This document shows, one piece after another, positions 63,304-64,000 of a stretch of 64,000 bases of DNA (positions are counted from its first letter, which is position 1; every line of letters begins with the position of its first letter). The stretch is from Candidatus Magasanikiibacteriota bacterium. GTDB lineage: Bacteria; Patescibacteriota; Patescibacteriia; Magasanikbacterales; GWA2-37-8. Location: NCBI GenBank assembly GCA_041666745.1, contig JBAYGI010000003.1:12782-76781 (forward strand), given 5' to 3'. Position numbers and translations under genes: made by a program. The notes under the pieces were generated by a model, which saw only the letters and a program-made list of their open reading frames with translations, was not told the origin of the DNA and ran no database searches.

Positions 63304-64000
63304 CTATTTTTTAGTAATAAAATTAATTTCTAAAAAATCTTCAAAACAATCCACTATATAATCCAACATAGGTAGACTAATACCAGGAAAAACACCTATC
63401 CAAAAAGTATTATTCATAATTGAATCAGTATTATTCAATTCTCCAACAACCCGATATTCAATTTTATTATTAATAAAATATGGCTGTTTGGTAATGTTGC
63501 CGGCGAATAATAACCTAGTTCCAATTTTTTTGCCATCAAAATACTTTATTAGCGCCGTTCTGTCGATCCCTGAATTTTCTTTTATAGTTAATAAAAAACC
63601 AAACCAGCTAGGGTCAGCTTCAGGCAAATATTGTGGCAAGATAAAATATTTATCAAATTTTTTGAATTTTTCTAACAAATATTTAAAATTTTCTTTTCTT
63701 CTAACAACAAAGTTTGGTAATTTTTCAAACTGTGCCAATCCTAGCGCTGCCTGAATATCAGTCATCTTTAAATTATAACCCAGTTCACTATAAATATATT
63801 TATGATCATACCCTTGTGGTAAACATCCCAATTTCCAACCAAAGCGGTTGTGACAAGTATCGTCTTTACCAGTTGGACACCAACAATCCCTTCCCCAATC
63901 TCTAAGTGAACGGATAATTTTTGTTAAGAACAAGTCATTTGACAAAACAGCACCTCCCTCAGCCGTAGTCATGTGGTGGGCAGGATAAAAGCTTAATGTA
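63304..64000 (-). CDS. rfbH: CDP-4-keto-6-deoxy-D-glucose 3-dehydrase E1 (RfbH/DdhC), 5' end outside the window
   Basis: SFYPAHHMTT.EGG (His in place of the PLP-binding Lys), RDWGRDCWC..G.D.TC [2Fe-2S] motif, GYDHKY.YS..GYNLK.TD.QAA. Confidence 0.93.
   Translation of the reverse strand, partial: TLSFYPAHHMTTAEGGAVLSNDLFLTKIIRSLRDWGRDCWCPTGKDDTCHNRFGWKLGCLPQGYDHKYIYSELGYNLKMTDIQAALGLAQFEKLPNFVVRRKENFKYLLEKFKKFDKYFILPQYLPEADPSWFGFLLTIKENSGIDRTALIKYFDGKKIGTRLLFAGNITKQPYFINNKIEYRVVGELNNTDSIMNNTFWIGVFPGISLPMLDYIVDCFEDFLEINFITKK

Noticed and set aside
1-64000. tRNA, rRNA, transposase, reverse transcriptase or prophage genes
   Set aside because: None recognised by eye; intergenic spaces are short and accounted for. 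tRNAscan-SE or Infernal would be needed to exclude small RNAs formally.

Overview
AT-rich bacterial chromosome segment. Gene content, tight gene packing and the general lack of Shine-Dalgarno motifs suggest a Patescibacteria/CPR (Parcubacteria-like) genome; this is inference, not a database result. The left third holds housekeeping genes: dnaB-ybaB-recR, rplU, a membrane-anchored Clp-type ATPase operon, ftsL-like-rsmH-mraZ, a beta-CASP nuclease, murJ, lepA and recJ. The right two-thirds is a large cell-surface glycan region (GT2/GT4/GT11/GT87/GT-C-like transferases, dTDP-rhamnose, UDP-GlcA, GDP-mannose 3,5-epimerase, CDP-tyvelose pathway), interrupted by ftsW, rpmA, a GC-rich NUDIX islet and a large phospholipase-C-like/lamin-tail surface protein. 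The most striking feature is at about 10.15-13.15 kb: an integron-like gene-cassette array with a promoter, an attI-like GTTAGGC site and three non-canonical attC-like palindromes, but no integrase. Each cassette is bracketed by its own 24-50 bp terminal inverted repeat, far longer than the usual 7-bp core complementarity. Other oddities are two GC-rich single-gene islets, three long intergenic palindromes sharing a tandem-GA motif, a 7-unit MraZ-box array, a Tat-signal lytic transglycosylase inside the rml operon, and a tyvelose pathway linked to lipid-carrier glycosyltransferases. No rRNA, tRNA or CRISPR array was recognised. Several CDS starts were moved from the ORF track to a more plausible downstream ATG.
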